A stretch of DNA of 64,000 nt, from assembly GCA_944363735.1 (NCBI GenBank), contig CALVVB010000001.1, positions 91,605 through 155,604 of the forward strand. Reading direction: 5' to 3'. The notes below the pieces were generated by a model, which saw only the letters and a list, made by a program, of their open reading frames with translations, did no database searches and was not told where the DNA came from. This stretch comes from an uncultured Bacilli bacterium. Its GTDB lineage: Bacteria; Bacillota_I; Bacilli_A; RF39; UBA660. The translations under genes and the position numbers were made by a program. Shown piece after piece: positions 1 through 11,947 of this stretch (positions are counted from its first letter, which is position 1; every line of letters begins with the position of its first letter).

Positions 1-183
1 GCATTAACTTTAAAGATTGGTTATGTTGATGGAGAAGTTGCAGATCAAGCTAAACTTACAGAATATGCAAAGATTCCATCAAGAGAAGGCTTACTTACTA
101 TGCTTGCAGGTGGTATGATAGGACTTGTTCGCGACCTATCTATCTGCTTAAATTTATATAGTGAACAAAAAGAAGAAAATTAA
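1..183 (+). CDS. rplJ: 50S ribosomal protein L10, 3' end (partial; the start lies upstream of the window)
   Basis: Frame-1 translation (...ALTLKIGYVDGEVADQAKLTEYAKIPSREGLLTMLAGGMIGLV...) matches the L10 C-terminus. It ends at TAA 181-183, immediately upstream of rplL. Confidence 0.8.
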   Translation, partial: ALTLKIGYVDGEVADQAKLTEYAKIPSREGLLTMLAGGMIGLVRDLSICLNLYSEQKEEN

Positions 184-202
184 AATATAGGAGGAAAATA
201 AA

Positions 203-577
203 ATGGCAAAAATAACAAAAGAAGAATTTATTAGCTCATTAAAAGAAATGAATCTTTTAGAAATTAAAGAATTAGTAGATGCAATGAAAGAAGAATTTGG
301 TGTAGACCCATCAGCTGTTGCAGTTGCTGCTCCAGGAGCTGCAGGTGCAGGAGAAGATGCTGCTCCATCTACAGTTACAGTATCAATTACTGATGCTGGA
401 GCTGCTAAAGTTGCAGTAATCAAAGTAGTTCGTGAAATTACTGGACTAGGATTAAAAGAATCTAAAGATTTAGTTGATAATGCAGGTTCTGCTGTTAAAG
501 AAAATATTTCTGTTGAAGAAGCTAATGAAATCAAAGCTAAATTAGAAGAAGCTGGTGCTACAGTAGAAGTTAAGTAA
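203..577 (+). CDS. rplL: 50S ribosomal protein L7/L12
   Basis: 124 aa with an N-terminal dimerisation helix, an Ala/Pro hinge and a typical L7/L12 C-terminal domain ([23 protein letters not shown]). An AGGAGGA ribosome-binding site lies 8 nt upstream. Confidence 0.95.
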   Translation: MAKITKEEFISSLKEMNLLEIKELVDAMKEEFGVDPSAVAVAAPGAAGAGEDAAPSTVTVSITDAGAAKVAVIKVVREITGLGLKESKDLVDNAGSAVKENISVEEANEIKAKLEEAGATVEVK

Positions 578-634
578 TTAGCTTCTTTTTTTTGCAATTT
601 TATCTACTTTTGTTTTAAACTTATCATAAGGAAG

Positions 635-1357
635 GTGAAAGTAATGGAAAATAAGAAGAGTAAAACGGGGTTACATGTTTTTGTAGGAATATTATTAGGA
701 ATAATAATTTGTGGAGGTGTAGTCTTTGCAACATATAGTCTAGGTTATTTAACATTTGGTTCTCAAGAAGAACCTACTGAAGTTGAAAGCAATAATGAAA
801 GTAATGATGAAACAACAGATGAAGATACAAGTGCTAATTCACTAGATTTTGATACTAGTAAAGTTGTTAATGGTAACGAAACTCAATATTATCTAACTAA
901 TTATAATAGTACGATTAATATAAGGCTAGACGAAACAAGACAAATAGTAACATTAAATTATAATAGAAAAATTTTATCTGATACATATGGATTAAATTGG
1001 GATACCACAGGTATGGACGAGTATACATATGAAGATAAGCAATTAACTTTTGATAAGAATATAAAAGATATTTTTTATGGTGGTGTAGGACAAGATGCAT
1101 CAGGAGATATTATTCTATTTTTAATGGATGATGGAACTGTGGAATATATTCCAGTATATCAAGCTCTATCAACTAGTGGAATAGATGGATTAGTATCATA
1201 TGGAGCTTTACAAGGAGTAGAAGATGTAATAAAATTCTATACTGCATACGCAATGGTAGGTTTAACTGGCAATTATTCCACTACCTTAATTCAAACTGAA
1301 GATGGTACTCTTTATGACCTAGCTCCTATAATAAACGATGCAAGTAATAATCAATAG
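635..1357 (+). CDS. hypothetical membrane-anchored or secreted protein with an acidic Ser/Asn/Glu/Asp-rich linker
   Basis: 240-aa ORF. Its N-terminal hydrophobic segment (LHVFVGILLGIIICGGVVFATYSL) looks like a signal peptide or signal anchor. I recognised no family. A GGAAGGTGA ribosome-binding site is present. Confidence 0.45.
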   Translation: MKVMENKKSKTGLHVFVGILLGIIICGGVVFATYSLGYLTFGSQEEPTEVESNNESNDETTDEDTSANSLDFDTSKVVNGNETQYYLTNYNSTINIRLDETRQIVTLNYNRKILSDTYGLNWDTTGMDEYTYEDKQLTFDKNIKDIFYGGVGQDASGDIILFLMDDGTVEYIPVYQALSTSGIDGLVSYGALQGVEDVIKFYTAYAMVGLTGNYSTTLIQTEDGTLYDLAPIINDASNNQ

Positions 1358-1386
1358 AAGAGGAAAACAAACCTCTTTTTCTTTTT
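1358..1386 (+). terminator. candidate intrinsic terminator after the 635-1357 ORF
   Basis: Short hairpin (agagg...cctct) followed by a T-run (tttttcttttt). Confidence 0.35.
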
Positions 1387-1413
1387 AGTAAAAATTGGTA
1401 TACTTAAACAAAG

Positions 1414-2061
1414 GTGAGAGATATGAAGTGTCCTAATTGTAAAAAAGAATATAAAGATAATCTATTTAGTTGTCCATATTGTGGAACAATTAATAAAGAA
1501 ATATATAAAGATATAAAAGAAGTAGATTTAAAGAAAAGTTCTTATGAAAGTTTTAAAGATGATGTAAGAAATAAGAAGTTTAGCTTTAAGAAAGAAATTC
1601 CCCTTTTTGTTATAAGCATTATCATAATATTACTAGCATACGCCTTAAGTTACTATTACTTTACTTATATTGAAGATTATCCTTTCCTTTTCAAAGCTAT
1701 AACTAATTATCCTTTATGGTTAATAATATTTATACCGTTAGCATTATTCATTTATTATAAAAACTTCTCCTTACTATCATTAATATTAAACATATACTTT
1801 AGCATTTTTGCAGGTATCAGTATTTGTTTTCCCTTTTTCCTACCAGTGGCACTGGCAAACAATGGACATAGAATTTATCTATCTTTATTATTGATCCCCG
1901 TAGTAATACTTATAGTCTTCGCTATACTTAAGTTTGTAATAACTACTATTAAAAATAAATTATTAAATCATCATGCTATAAGTTATCTTATATTTATGAT
2001 ATCTACATTATACCTTCTAGTTACAATGATAACTATTATTATAAGAATAACATGTTATTAG
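1414..2061 (+). CDS. hypothetical membrane protein with an N-terminal double zinc-ribbon (CPNC...CPYCG)
   Basis: 215-aa ORF. A Cys4 zinc-ribbon motif sits at the N-terminus and four to five hydrophobic helices follow. Confidence 0.4.
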   Translation: MRDMKCPNCKKEYKDNLFSCPYCGTINKEIYKDIKEVDLKKSSYESFKDDVRNKKFSFKKEIPLFVISIIIILLAYALSYYYFTYIEDYPFLFKAITNYPLWLIIFIPLALFIYYKNFSLLSLILNIYFSIFAGISICFPFFLPVALANNGHRIYLSLLLIPVVILIVFAILKFVITTIKNKLLNHHAISYLIFMISTLYLLVTMITIIIRITCY

Positions 2062-2124
2062 AGACTTTTATTTCTATTTAATTTGTGTTAATATAAAACA
2101 CATTAGAAAAGAGGTCTTATAATA

Positions 2125-2697
2125 ATGGTAAATAATTTAAAGATTAATAAAATAAAATTTGAATATTTACTTAAAAATATAAAGCCTGTAGAGCAGACTG
2201 AAGATAAACAGGAGATAACAGTAGATATTGATGAATTAACAATAGATGAAAAATATAAACCTTATTTAAAACACTTTATTAAAAAGACAAATGCCAATTT
2301 TAATTTTAGAAATTCAAATGAAATATTAAGAACATTAAAAATAAATAAATTAAAGAAATCAAAATCTAAAAAATATGGTGCAACTGGCTATTATAACTTT
2401 TATAACAATAAAATTAAGATATATATAATAGATACTATCTATCACGAATTGTTTCATGCCTTTACATATCATAAAACAGCTGAGAATTATTTTTGTGGAT
2501 TCAACCAAGGCAATGATCATTTAGATATCGCTAACTCACTAGATGAAGGATACACGGATTTATTAACGAAGCGTTATTTTGGTATTGAAATTAATTATAT
2601 GCTAGAAGCTAATATTGTGAGTAAAATTGAATTAATGCTAGGAAAAGAAAAAATGCAAAGTATGTATACTTCTAATGATCTTATGGGACTCATTTAA
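2125..2697 (+). CDS. hypothetical protein with an HExxH motif (putative zinc-metallopeptidase-like); the reading frame continues past an in-frame TAA
   Basis: 190-aa ORF containing YHELFHAF with EGYTD downstream. Stop TAA 2695-2697 is in the same frame as the following ORF at 2701-3051. Confidence 0.4.
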   Translation: MVNNLKINKIKFEYLLKNIKPVEQTEDKQEITVDIDELTIDEKYKPYLKHFIKKTNANFNFRNSNEILRTLKINKLKKSKSKKYGATGYYNFYNNKIKIYIIDTIYHELFHAFTYHKTAENYFCGFNQGNDHLDIANSLDEGYTDLLTKRYFGIEINYMLEANIVSKIELMLGKEKMQSMYTSNDLMGLI

Positions 2698-2700
2698 TTT

Positions 2701-3051
2701 TTGGCCAAACATTCTTCTAAAGAATATGCTATAGGATTTATTAGACAGATGGATAAACTAGATAACTATGATTATGAAAGTAAAGAAGCAATAAACTTAT
2801 TGAGTATTTTATCTAATTACCTAGTTGATGTTTATCTAAATTTTCTTGCTGAAAACTACTCACTTGGAATTATAGATAATGCTGATGTTGATAAGGAATT
2901 AACAAAGTTTAAAGATAGATTTGTTAAACATGCTTTTGATGATAAGAAATTAAAGAAAGAATATTTAAGAAGCTCAGACTATCTTGATATAACTTCTAAA
3001 CTGTCAAATGACCATTTTTATAAACAACTAAAAAAAGTGTTGACGAAATAG
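2701..3051 (+). CDS. hypothetical protein; possibly the C-terminal continuation of 2125-2697 (same frame, separated by a single TAA)
   Basis: 116-aa ORF in frame 1 beginning at TTG, 3 nt after the TAA of the upstream ORF. It has no ribosome-binding site of its own. Confidence 0.3.
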   Translation: MAKHSSKEYAIGFIRQMDKLDNYDYESKEAINLLSILSNYLVDVYLNFLAENYSLGIIDNADVDKELTKFKDRFVKHAFDDKKLKKEYLRSSDYLDITSKLSNDHFYKQLKKVLTK

Positions 3052-3142
3052 AAAAAATAGTGTATCATAACACTACGAAAGGAGACAAACTATATACTTT
3101 TGTATAATGGCTTGTCTCTTTCTTTGTTTTGAGGTGATGTTA

Positions 3143-3733
3143 ATGAGTCATTATTTTGAAAATGACCAGAATATCCCTAGTAATTTAAAAAAGACTACAA
3201 CAACACTCTTTAATCAAAATTTTATTTTTTATACGGATAATGGCGTTTTTGCTAAACGTGGTTTAGATTATGGTAGTAGATTGCTTTTAGAATCTTTGCC
3301 TTATGAAAAATTAAAAGGACCAGTACTTGATGTTGGTTGTGGTTATGGTGTACTAGGAATTATTGTGAATAAGAAAACTAATTTAGAAGTTGATATGATA
3401 GATGTTAATAAAAGAGCCATCCATCTGTCCAAAAGAAATATTAAAGAAAATAACGCTTCTAATATAAATACCTTTGTTAGTGATTGTTATCAAAATATAA
3501 CAAGAAAATATAAAACTATTATTACTAACCCACCAATTAGAGCAGGTAAAAAAATAGTCTATGATATCTTACGTAATGCTAGAAGTCATTTAGATTCTGA
3601 TGGTGCTTTATACTTAGTAATAAGAAAAGAACAAGGAGCCAAGTCGACAATTATCGACTTAAAAAAATATTATGATGTAAGTATTATTAATAAAAGTAAA
3701 GGTTTTTATATAATAGTTGCAAAAATGTGTTGA
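3143..3733 (+). CDS. class I SAM-dependent methyltransferase, RsmC/YbxB-like (small rRNA-methyltransferase family)
   Basis: Motif I LDVGCGYGVLG and an NPPIRAG (NPPxx) motif. Position between rplL and rpoB as for Bacillus ybxB. A GAGGTGA ribosome-binding site precedes ATG 3143; the ORF track starts further upstream at 3107. Confidence 0.65.
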   Translation: MSHYFENDQNIPSNLKKTTTTLFNQNFIFYTDNGVFAKRGLDYGSRLLLESLPYEKLKGPVLDVGCGYGVLGIIVNKKTNLEVDMIDVNKRAIHLSKRNIKENNASNINTFVSDCYQNITRKYKTIITNPPIRAGKKIVYDILRNARSHLDSDGALYLVIRKEQGAKSTIIDLKKYYDVSIINKSKGFYIIVAKMC

Positions 3734-3827
3734 CTTGTTGAAGAGATTGTGCTAATAATATAAATTGGCAATGTATTATTTTTTGGAATAATAAATGTAA
3801 AAAACTATGGTAATGGGGTGAATTTTA

Positions 3828-6800
3828 GTGTCATATAAAATTGTAGAATATGGTAAAAAACGTAAAAGAAGAAATTATTCAAGAATTAGAAATACTTATG
3901 AGTTAAAGGATTTGTTGGAAATTCAAAAGAAATCTTATGACTGGTTTATTACAACTGGAATTAAAGAAGTATTTGAAGACTTATTTCCAGTTGAAAACTT
4001 TTCAGGAACTTTATCTTTAGAGTTTGGTGATTATCATTTTGAAGAACCAAGATACTCTATTAAAGCTAGTAAAGATAGAGAAACTACTTATGCAGCACCA
4101 CTTAAAGTAGAAGTGCGTCTTTTTAATCGTGAGACAGGTGAAGTAAAAGAGCAAGAAATCTTCCTTGGTGATATGCCTATTATGACTGATAGTGGTACAT
4201 TTATAATAAATGGAGCAGAACGTGTTATCGTTTCTCAACTAGTACGTTCACCAAGTGTTTATTATAATAGAGAAATAGATAAGAATGGTCGTGAATTAAT
4301 TACTTCTCAAATCATTCCAACTCGTGGTACATGGTTAGAGTTTGAAGCAGATGCTAGAGATGTACTATATGTTAGAATAGATAGAACTAGAAAAGTAACA
4401 TTGACAACATTACTTCGTGCTTTTGGACTTTCTAGTGATGATGATATTTTAAAATTATTTGGGGAAGATGATTTTCTTAAAAACACTATCGCAAAGGATG
4501 CAACTAAAAATTTAGATGAAGCTTTAATTGAAATATATGAAAAATTAAGACCTGGAGAACCTGCAACACTAGATTCATCTAAAAACCATATTATAACTAG
4601 ATTCTTTGATGAATTTAGATATGATTTAGCAAAAGTAGGTCGTTATAAATTTAATCGCAAATTAAATATTGTTGATCGCCTTTTAAATCAGACACTTGCT
4701 GAAGACATAATAGTAGATGACGAAATTAAATATTCCAAAGGAACAGTTGTAACTAAAGATATTTTGGAAGAGTTAAGAGAAGTTTTTGCAAACGGTTATG
4801 GTGTAGAAGAAGTAACAATAAATGATGAGCTTGATTCATATAACAAGATTCAAAAGATTACTATTTATAACCCAAATGATAAAAAGCAAAAACTAATTGT
4901 TATTGGTAATGATCAGTCGATAGATTCTAAGCGTTTAACAATATCAGATGTTTATGCAGCAGTATCTTATTACTTAAATCTATTACATGGAGTAGGTAAT
5001 TATGACGAAATTGATCATTTAGGTAATCGTCGTATTAGACAAGTTGGAGAATTATTACAAAATCAATTTAGAATTGGTATTTCTCGTATGGAACGTGTTA
5101 TTCGTGAGAGAATGACTACTCAAGAAATGGAAGAAGTAACTCCTAAAACTCTAATTAATATTAGACCAGTTACAGCTGCTATGAAAGAGTTCTTTGGTTC
5201 ATCTCAATTATCACAGTTCATGGACCAAACTAACCCTATCGCTGAACTTACTAATAAACGCCGTTTGTCAGCTTTAGGACCAGGGGGTCTTTCTCGTGAT
5301 AGAGCAGGTGTAGAAGTGCGTGACGTTAATGCTTCACACTATGGTAGAATTTGTCCAATTGAGTCACCAGAAGGACAAAACATTGGACTTATAACTTCTC
5401 TTGCAAGTTATGCCAAGATAGACGAATATGGATTTATTATGACTCCATACCGTAAAGTTGTTGATTGTAGAATAACAGATGAAGTAGTTTATTTAACAGC
5501 AGATGAAGAACAAGACTATATTATTTCTCAATCAACAGTTAATACTGATGAAGATAATGTTATTATTGATAAAACAGTCGCTGCAAGATTCCGTGATGAA
5601 AATATTCTTGCAAAACCAGAACAAGTTGATTACATCGATGTATCACCTCAACAAGTTGTATCAGTAACAACAAGTTGTATTCCATTCCTAGAGCATGATG
5701 ATGCAACTCGTGCTTTGATGGGTGCTAACATGCAACGTCAAGCGATGCCATTATTAAAAACAGAAGCTCCATTTATTGGAACAGGTGTTGAACATGTCGC
5801 TGCCAAAGATTCAGGAGTTTGTGTTATCGCTAAAGCAGATGGTATTGTAGATTACGTTGATGCTAAGAAGATAATTATCGCTAATGCCAAAGGAAAAGAT
5901 ACATATTATCTAGCAAACTTTGAACTTGCAAACTCAAGTATTTGTTCACATCAAAGACCAATTGTTAATGTTGGAGATAAAGTTAAAATGGGTGACATTA
6001 TCGCTGATGGTAATAGTTGTGATAATGGAGAACTTGCTTTGGGTAAAAATGTCGTAGTAGCATTCATGACTTACAATGGATATAACTACGAGGATGCTGT
6101 AATTCTTAATGAGAATTTAGTTAAAGATGATAAATATACATCACTTCATCTAGAAGACTATGAGATGCAATGTCGTGAAACTAAACTTGGACCAGAAGAA
6201 ATTACTCGTGATATTCCAAATGTTAGTGAAGAAGCTAAGAAGAACCTTGATGAAAATGGTATCGTTACAATTGGTACTGAAGTTAAAGAAGGAGATATAC
6301 TAGTTGGTAAAGTAACTCCTAAAGGAATGGCTGAGTTATCTAGTGAAGAGAAACTATTACATGCTATATTTGGTGAAAAGACTCGTGAAGTTAGAGATAC
6401 TTCTCTTCGTGTTCCACATGGTGGAGATGGTATTGTTCATGATATCAAAATTTATTCTCGTAAAGATAATGATGAACTCCCAGCAGGTGTATCTAAAGTA
6501 ATAAGAGTTTATATCATTCAAAAACGTAAAATTCAAGTAGGAGATAAAATGTCAGGTCGTCATGGTAACAAGGGTGTTATTTCTCTAATTTTACCTCAAG
6601 AAGATATGCCTTACTTACCAGATGGACGTCCAGTAGATATCATGCTTAACCCACAAGGTGTTCCATCTCGTATGAACCTAGGACAAATCCTAGAATTACA
6701 TATGGGTATGGCTGCTAAAAAATTAGATGTTCATATTGCTACCCCAGTTTTTGATGGCGCACATATTTCTGATATAGAAGAAATTATGTCTGAAGCTGGA

Positions 6801-7430
6801 ATGGATACTGATGGTAAAACTGTTTTATATGATGGACGTACTGGAGAACCATTTGATAACCGTATCTCTGTAGGTGTAATGTACATGATTAAACTACACC
6901 ACATGGTAGATGATAAACTACATGCTAGAAGTACTGGACCATACTCTTTAGTAACTCAACAACCACTTGGAGGTAAAGCTCAATTTGGTGGGCAAAGATT
7001 TGGTGAAATGGAAGTTTGGGCTCTATATGCTTATGGTGCAGCTTATACACTTCAAGAAATGATGACTGTTAAATCAGATGATGTTGTTGGACGTGTAAAA
7101 GTATATGAATCAATCGTAAAAGGTGAAGAAGTTAATAGAGCAGGAGTTCCAGAATCGTTTAGAGTATTAATGAAAGAATTCCAAGCTTTAGGATTAGATA
7201 TATCGATTATTAATGAGGATGGAGAGAGTCTAGGTCTAAAACAAATAGAAGAAAGTGATGATGATGTTGGAGAACCATTAAATGAAGAGGTAAACATCAC
7301 CAAGATAAGTACAGAACAAGATAATGAAGAGATTTCTGAAGAAGATGAAGAATTAGAAATAGATGATGATATCTTTGATGAAGACATAATAGATGTAGAA
7401 GACGAACTTAGTAAAGGAGATGAAGAATAA
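3828..7430 (+). CDS. rpoB: DNA-directed RNA polymerase subunit beta
   Basis: 1200 aa with a GTG start. Conserved RpoB blocks are present along the length ([27 protein letters not shown]). There is a roughly 70-aa acidic C-terminal tail. Confidence 0.97.
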   Translation: MSYKIVEYGKKRKRRNYSRIRNTYELKDLLEIQKKSYDWFITTGIKEVFEDLFPVENFSGTLSLEFGDYHFEEPRYSIKASKDRETTYAAPLKVEVRLFNRETGEVKEQEIFLGDMPIMTDSGTFIINGAERVIVSQLVRSPSVYYNREIDKNGRELITSQIIPTRGTWLEFEADARDVLYVRIDRTRKVTLTTLLRAFGLSSDDDILKLFGEDDFLKNTIAKDATKNLDEALIEIYEKLRPGEPATLDSSKNHIITRFFDEFRYDLAKVGRYKFNRKLNIVDRLLNQTLAEDIIVDDEIKYSKGTVVTKDILEELREVFANGYGVEEVTINDELDSYNKIQKITIYNPNDKKQKLIVIGNDQSIDSKRLTISDVYAAVSYYLNLLHGVGNYDEIDHLGNRRIRQVGELLQNQFRIGISRMERVIRERMTTQEMEEVTPKTLINIRPVTAAMKEFFGSSQLSQFMDQTNPIAELTNKRRLSALGPGGLSRDRAGVEVRDVNASHYGRICPIESPEGQNIGLITSLASYAKIDEYGFIMTPYRKVVDCRITDEVVYLTADEEQDYIISQSTVNTDEDNVIIDKTVAARFRDENILAKPEQVDYIDVSPQQVVSVTTSCIPFLEHDDATRALMGANMQRQAMPLLKTEAPFIGTGVEHVAAKDSGVCVIAKADGIVDYVDAKKIIIANAKGKDTYYLANFELANSSICSHQRPIVNVGDKVKMGDIIADGNSCDNGELALGKNVVVAFMTYNGYNYEDAVILNENLVKDDKYTSLHLEDYEMQCRETKLGPEEITRDIPNVSEEAKKNLDENGIVTIGTEVKEGDILVGKVTPKGMAELSSEEKLLHAIFGEKTREVRDTSLRVPHGGDGIVHDIKIYSRKDNDELPAGVSKVIRVYIIQKRKIQVGDKMSGRHGNKGVISLILPQEDMPYLPDGRPVDIMLNPQGVPSRMNLGQILELHMGMAAKKLDVHIATPVFDGAHISDIEEIMSEAGMDTDGKTVLYDGRTGEPFDNRISVGVMYMIKLHHMVDDKLHARSTGPYSLVTQQPLGGKAQFGGQRFGEMEVWALYAYGAAYTLQEMMTVKSDDVVGRVKVYESIVKGEEVNRAGVPESFRVLMKEFQALGLDISIINEDGESLGLKQIEESDDDVGEPLNEEVNITKISTEQDNEEISEEDEELEIDDDIFDEDIIDVEDELSKGDEE

Positions 7431-10400
7431 TGATAGAAGTAAATAAATTTGATGCTATTAAAATTGGTATCGCTTCTCCTGAAAAAATTCGTGAATGGAG
7501 TTATGGTGAAGTAAAAAAACCAGAAACAATTAACTATCGTACTCTTCGTCCAGAACGTGACGGATTATTCTGTGAAAAAATCTTTGGTCCAACTAAAGAT
7601 TATGAATGTGCTTGTGGAAAATATAAAAGAGTTCGTTACAAGAATATAGTTTGCGATCGCTGTGGTGTTGAAGTAACACAAGCTAAAGTAAGACGTGAGA
7701 GAATGGGACATATTGAACTTGCTAGTCCTGTCTCTCATATCTGGTTCTTTAAAGGCGTACCTTCAAGAATGGGACTTGTTCTTGATATGAGTCCAAGAGA
7801 CCTTGAAGAAGTACTATACTTTGTTAGTTATGTAGTAATTGATAAAGGTAATGCTCCACTTGAAAATAAGCAAACCCTATCAGAAAAAGAATATCGTGCC
7901 TATTATGAAAAATATGGTAATGGATTCAAAGTAGGAATGGGTGCAGAAGCAATTAAAGAATTACTTAAAAAAGTAGATTTAAAACACGATATAGATGAAA
8001 TTAATAAAGAACTAGAAACTGCTCAAGGACAAAAAAGAACTAGACTATTAAAAAGACTTGATGTTTTAGATGCATTCTATCGTTCTAATCAAAAGCCAGA
8101 ATGGATGATTTTGGATTGTATTCCTGTAATACCACCTGAACTACGTCCTATGATTCAATTAGATGGTGGACGTTTTGCAACAAGTGATTTAAATGACTTA
8201 TATCGTCGTGTTATTAACCGTAATAATCGTTTAAAGAAACTTATAGACTTAGGTGCTCCTGGCATCATAATCCAAAATGAAAAGAGAATGTTACAAGAAG
8301 CAGTTGATGCTCTATTTGATAATGGACGTCGTGGTAGAAGCGTAACAGGTGCAGGAAACAGAGCTTTAAAATCACTTTCTAGCATGTTAAAAGGAAAACA
8401 AGGTCGTTTTCGTCAAAATCTATTAGGTAAACGTGTTGATTATTCTGGTCGTTCAGTTATTGTTGTTGGACCATCACTAAAGATGTATCAATGTGGTATT
8501 CCTAAAGAGATGGCTCTAGAATTATTTAAACCTCATGTTATTAATGGTTTAGTAGATCGTGATATTGCTCACAATATTAAAGCTGCTAAACGTTTAATTG
8601 AAAATAGAGATCCTGTAGTTTGGGATATTGTAGAAGATGTAATTAAAGAACATCCTGTTCTCCTAAACCGTGCCCCTACGCTACATAGATTAGGTATCCA
8701 AGCATTTGAACCTATTCTAGTAGGAGGAAAAGCGATAAGACTACACCCTTTAGTTTGTCCTGCATTCAATGCTGACTTCGATGGGGATCAAATGGCAGTA
8801 CATGTACCATTATCAGAAGAAGCTCAAGCCGAAGCAAGAACGCTAATGCTAGGTTCAGGAAATATTTTAAAACCTTCTGATGGAAAACCAATTGTTACAC
8901 CAGCTCAAGACATGGTTTTAGGTAACTACTATATAACTATGGAAAAAGCAAATGAAGATGGTGAAGGAAGAGTATTTAAGAACTCTAATGAGGCTCTAAT
9001 GGCTTATGAAAGACGTGAAATAACTCTTCATACAAGAATAGCTGTTCCAGTAGATTCCTTCAAATACAAGCTATTTACAACATCTCAAAAAGGTAAATAC
9101 TTAATTACTACAGTTGGTAAAATTAAATTCAATGAAATCCTACCAGATTCATTCCCATATATCAATGAACCAACAGATGATAATATTCAAAATATTACAC
9201 CTAATAAGTATTTCTTAAATAAAGGTGTAAATATTAAAGAAGAAATTAGTAAAATGCCTTTAGTTAGCCCTTTTGCTAAAGGAACACTAGAAAAAATAAT
9301 TGATCAAGTATTTAAACGTTATAAAACAACAGAAACATCAGAAATGCTTGATAAGATGAAAGATTTAGGTTTCTATTATTCAACTATCGCTGGTATTACA
9401 ATATCAATGAGTGATGTTGCAACAAGTGAACATAAACAAGAATATATTGATGCAGGACAAACTTTAGTTAATAAAATCAATAAACAATATACTCGTGGTT
9501 TAATTACAGAAGAAGAACGTCATGAAAAAGTTATTGAAACTTGGTATGGTGTAAAAGACAAAGTTCAAGCAGAACTTGAAGAAATATCTAAAGAACAAGT
9601 AGATAACCCAATCTTCATCATGATGCACTCTAAAGCTCGTGGTAGTATTTCTCAGTTTACTCAAGTTGCTGGTATGCGTGGACTAATGCAAAAGCCAAAT
9701 GGAGACCCAATTGAAATACCAGTTATCTCAAACTTTAAAGAAGGACTATCAGTATCAGAATTCTTCTTATCAACTCACTCTGCTCGTAAAGGTAGTGCCG
9801 ATACAGCATTAAAAACTGCAGACTCAGGTTACCTAACACGTCGTCTTGTTGATGTATCTCAAGATATTATCGTTAAAGAAGATGATTGTGGTACAGAACA
9901 AGGAGTTGTTGCTCGTGATTTTGTCAATGAGAAAACAGGAGCAGTTATTGAAAGTTTATATGATCGTATTGTTGGTAGATTTGCTAGTAAGAAAGTAATC
10001 AATCCTGAAACAAAAGAAGTAATAGTTGATAAAGATGAATATATAACTGAAGCTATTGCAGATAAAATAGTTACAGCAGGGATTGAAGAAGTTGAAATTA
10101 GATCAATTCTTACATGTAATACCGAAAAAGGTGTATGCCGCAAATGTTATGGTAGAAATCTTGCTACAGGTAACGTAGTTGAAATTGGTGAAGCAGTTGG
10201 TGTTATGGCTGCTCAATCAATCGGTGAACCTGGAACTCAACTTACCATGCGTACGTTCCATACAGGTGGAGTTGCTGGTGGGGAAGATATTACTCAAGGT
10301 CTTCCACGTGTTCAAGAGTTATTCGAAGCACGTAATCCTAAAGGTAAAGCAACTATCGCTGAAATTGATGGTAAAGTTACTAAAATTGCTGAAGATCATG

Positions 10401-11062
10401 GTAAATATAAAATCAGTATTACAAACAAAGTTGAAACTAAAGAACATACAACTAACTATGGTGCAAAACTTTGTGTTGAAAAGGGTGATACAGTATCTTG
10501 CGGTGATAAATTAACAGAAGGAGCTATCTCACCTAAAGAATTACTAGATGTAACAGATCCAATTACAACTCAAGAATACATCTTAAAAGAAGTACAAAAT
10601 ACTTATCGTTCTCAAGGTGTTGATATTGCTGATAAACATATCGAAATTATCGCTCGTAGAATGATTTCTAAGATTAGAATCGTTGAAGGAGGAGATACTA
10701 AATTCTTACCTGGTTCTCTAGTTAACTTTAGAGAATTTACTGAAGGCAATAAAGAAGTAATAATCAGCGGTAAACGCCCTGCTACAGGTCGTCCAGTATT
10801 ACTTGGTATTACTAAAGCATCTCTTGAAACTGATTCATTCTTATCAGCAGCTTCATTCCAAGAAACAACAAGAATTTTAACAGATGCTGCAATTCATGGT
10901 AAAGTAGATCATCTTGAAGGATTAAAAGAAAATGTTCTTATTGGTAAACTAATACCAGCAGGAACTGGTTTAAAAAAATATCGTGATGTAGATTATAGTT
11001 TAGAAGATGAATTTGCTGATGAAGAACCATTAGAGAAATTAGAAGATGAATTTATGGAATAG
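7430..11062 (+). CDS. rpoC: DNA-directed RNA polymerase subunit beta'
   Basis: 1210 aa. Carries the zinc-finger CxxC...CxxC and the NADFDGD catalytic motif. Its ATG overlaps the rpoB TAA by 1 nt. Confidence 0.97.
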   Translation: MIEVNKFDAIKIGIASPEKIREWSYGEVKKPETINYRTLRPERDGLFCEKIFGPTKDYECACGKYKRVRYKNIVCDRCGVEVTQAKVRRERMGHIELASPVSHIWFFKGVPSRMGLVLDMSPRDLEEVLYFVSYVVIDKGNAPLENKQTLSEKEYRAYYEKYGNGFKVGMGAEAIKELLKKVDLKHDIDEINKELETAQGQKRTRLLKRLDVLDAFYRSNQKPEWMILDCIPVIPPELRPMIQLDGGRFATSDLNDLYRRVINRNNRLKKLIDLGAPGIIIQNEKRMLQEAVDALFDNGRRGRSVTGAGNRALKSLSSMLKGKQGRFRQNLLGKRVDYSGRSVIVVGPSLKMYQCGIPKEMALELFKPHVINGLVDRDIAHNIKAAKRLIENRDPVVWDIVEDVIKEHPVLLNRAPTLHRLGIQAFEPILVGGKAIRLHPLVCPAFNADFDGDQMAVHVPLSEEAQAEARTLMLGSGNILKPSDGKPIVTPAQDMVLGNYYITMEKANEDGEGRVFKNSNEALMAYERREITLHTRIAVPVDSFKYKLFTTSQKGKYLITTVGKIKFNEILPDSFPYINEPTDDNIQNITPNKYFLNKGVNIKEEISKMPLVSPFAKGTLEKIIDQVFKRYKTTETSEMLDKMKDLGFYYSTIAGITISMSDVATSEHKQEYIDAGQTLVNKINKQYTRGLITEEERHEKVIETWYGVKDKVQAELEEISKEQVDNPIFIMMHSKARGSISQFTQVAGMRGLMQKPNGDPIEIPVISNFKEGLSVSEFFLSTHSARKGSADTALKTADSGYLTRRLVDVSQDIIVKEDDCGTEQGVVARDFVNEKTGAVIESLYDRIVGRFASKKVINPETKEVIVDKDEYITEAIADKIVTAGIEEVEIRSILTCNTEKGVCRKCYGRNLATGNVVEIGEAVGVMAAQSIGEPGTQLTMRTFHTGGVAGGEDITQGLPRVQELFEARNPKGKATIAEIDGKVTKIAEDHGKYKISITNKVETKEHTTNYGAKLCVEKGDTVSCGDKLTEGAISPKELLDVTDPITTQEYILKEVQNTYRSQGVDIADKHIEIIARRMISKIRIVEGGDTKFLPGSLVNFREFTEGNKEVIISGKRPATGRPVLLGITKASLETDSFLSAASFQETTRILTDAAIHGKVDHLEGLKENVLIGKLIPAGTGLKKYRDVDYSLEDEFADEEPLEKLEDEFME

Positions 11063-11097
11063 TGTCAAATTTTATAAACACTATTCCTTTTTTTTAT
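11056..11097 (+). terminator. intrinsic terminator after rpoC
   Basis: Perfect 9-bp stem (ggaatagtg / cactattcc) with a 14-nt loop, followed by ttttttttat. It overlaps the rpoC stop codon. Confidence 0.6.
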
Positions 11098-11135
11098 AAC
11101 CTTTGCTACAATAATAAAAGAAGGGATTGGTTAAA

Positions 11136-11738
11136 ATGCGTATAGGTGTTGATTTAGATGGCGTGTTAAATGATGTGGCAGAGTGGCATTTTGCCTGTGG
11201 GTCCAAATTTTGTTTAGAGCATAATATAAATAGAGGATTTAATCCTAAAGGTTATTATATGGAAGAACAGTTTAACTTAACAAGAGAAGAAAATATAGAA
11301 TTCTGGAGACAGTACATTTTTGATTTATTAATTGCTATTCCAATAAGACCATATGCTAGTGAAGTTATTCACAAACTACGTAAAGATGGTCACAAGATAA
11401 TAATACTATCTGCACGAGATAATCAATTCTTAACTCATCAATATAGTGGTATGATAGATTATTATGTTAAAGCTTGGCTAAATAAATATAATATCGAATA
11501 TGATGAAATAATAATTAATACAAATAATAAAAGAGAAAAATGTTTAAGTATTGGTCTTGATTTAATGATTGAAGATAAAGCTAGTAATGTTAATGATATT
11601 TCAAAGATAATTCCTGTTATGGTTTTTGATGCTCCATATAATCAAGGTTGTACTGGAAAGAATGTTATTAGAGTGTATTCTTGGTATCAAATTTATCAAG
11701 AAATTATCAATAAATTTGCCGCTGTCGAAATAATTTAA
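11136..11738 (+). CDS. HAD-superfamily hydrolase, 5'(3')-deoxyribonucleotidase (NT5C)-like
   Basis: N-terminal motif I GVDLDGVLND (DxDxV/T). About 200 aa. ATG 11136 is preferred over TTG 11127. Confidence 0.5.
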   Translation: MRIGVDLDGVLNDVAEWHFACGSKFCLEHNINRGFNPKGYYMEEQFNLTREENIEFWRQYIFDLLIAIPIRPYASEVIHKLRKDGHKIIILSARDNQFLTHQYSGMIDYYVKAWLNKYNIEYDEIIINTNNKREKCLSIGLDLMIEDKASNVNDISKIIPVMVFDAPYNQGCTGKNVIRVYSWYQIYQEIINKFAAVEII

Positions 11739-11752
11739 TAAGAGGTGATAAA

Positions 11753-11944
11753 ATGGGCAAACTGAATAATAGAGGTTTTGGTATGAGTATAATGTTAATA
11801 TTTATAGGAATATTTATAATTGTTTTAATAGCAATTATGGTACTTGCATACAATAACGGAGTTGAAAAAGATTCACCAATAAAAGCAGTAGAAAAAGAAG
11901 ATGGTATCTTTGTTTCACCATCTAACAAAGAAAAGGAGGAATAA
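11753..11944 (+). CDS. small hypothetical membrane protein
   Basis: 63-aa ORF with a single hydrophobic helix (IMLIFIGIFIIVLIAIMVL). Tightly packed between its neighbours, 3 nt before gap. Confidence 0.35.
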   Translation: MGKLNNRGFGMSIMLIFIGIFIIVLIAIMVLAYNNGVEKDSPIKAVEKEDGIFVSPSNKEKEE

Positions 11945-11947
11945 AAT

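Noticed and set aside
4017-10514. Multiple ORFs of 60-110 aa on the opposite strand or in alternative frames inside rpoB and rpoC (for example 4017-4238 minus, 7052-7387 minus, 8155-8385 minus, 10179-10514 plus)
   Set aside because: They are embedded entirely in highly conserved coding sequence, have low-complexity translations, and lack ribosome-binding sites. These are frame artefacts typical of AT-rich genomes.
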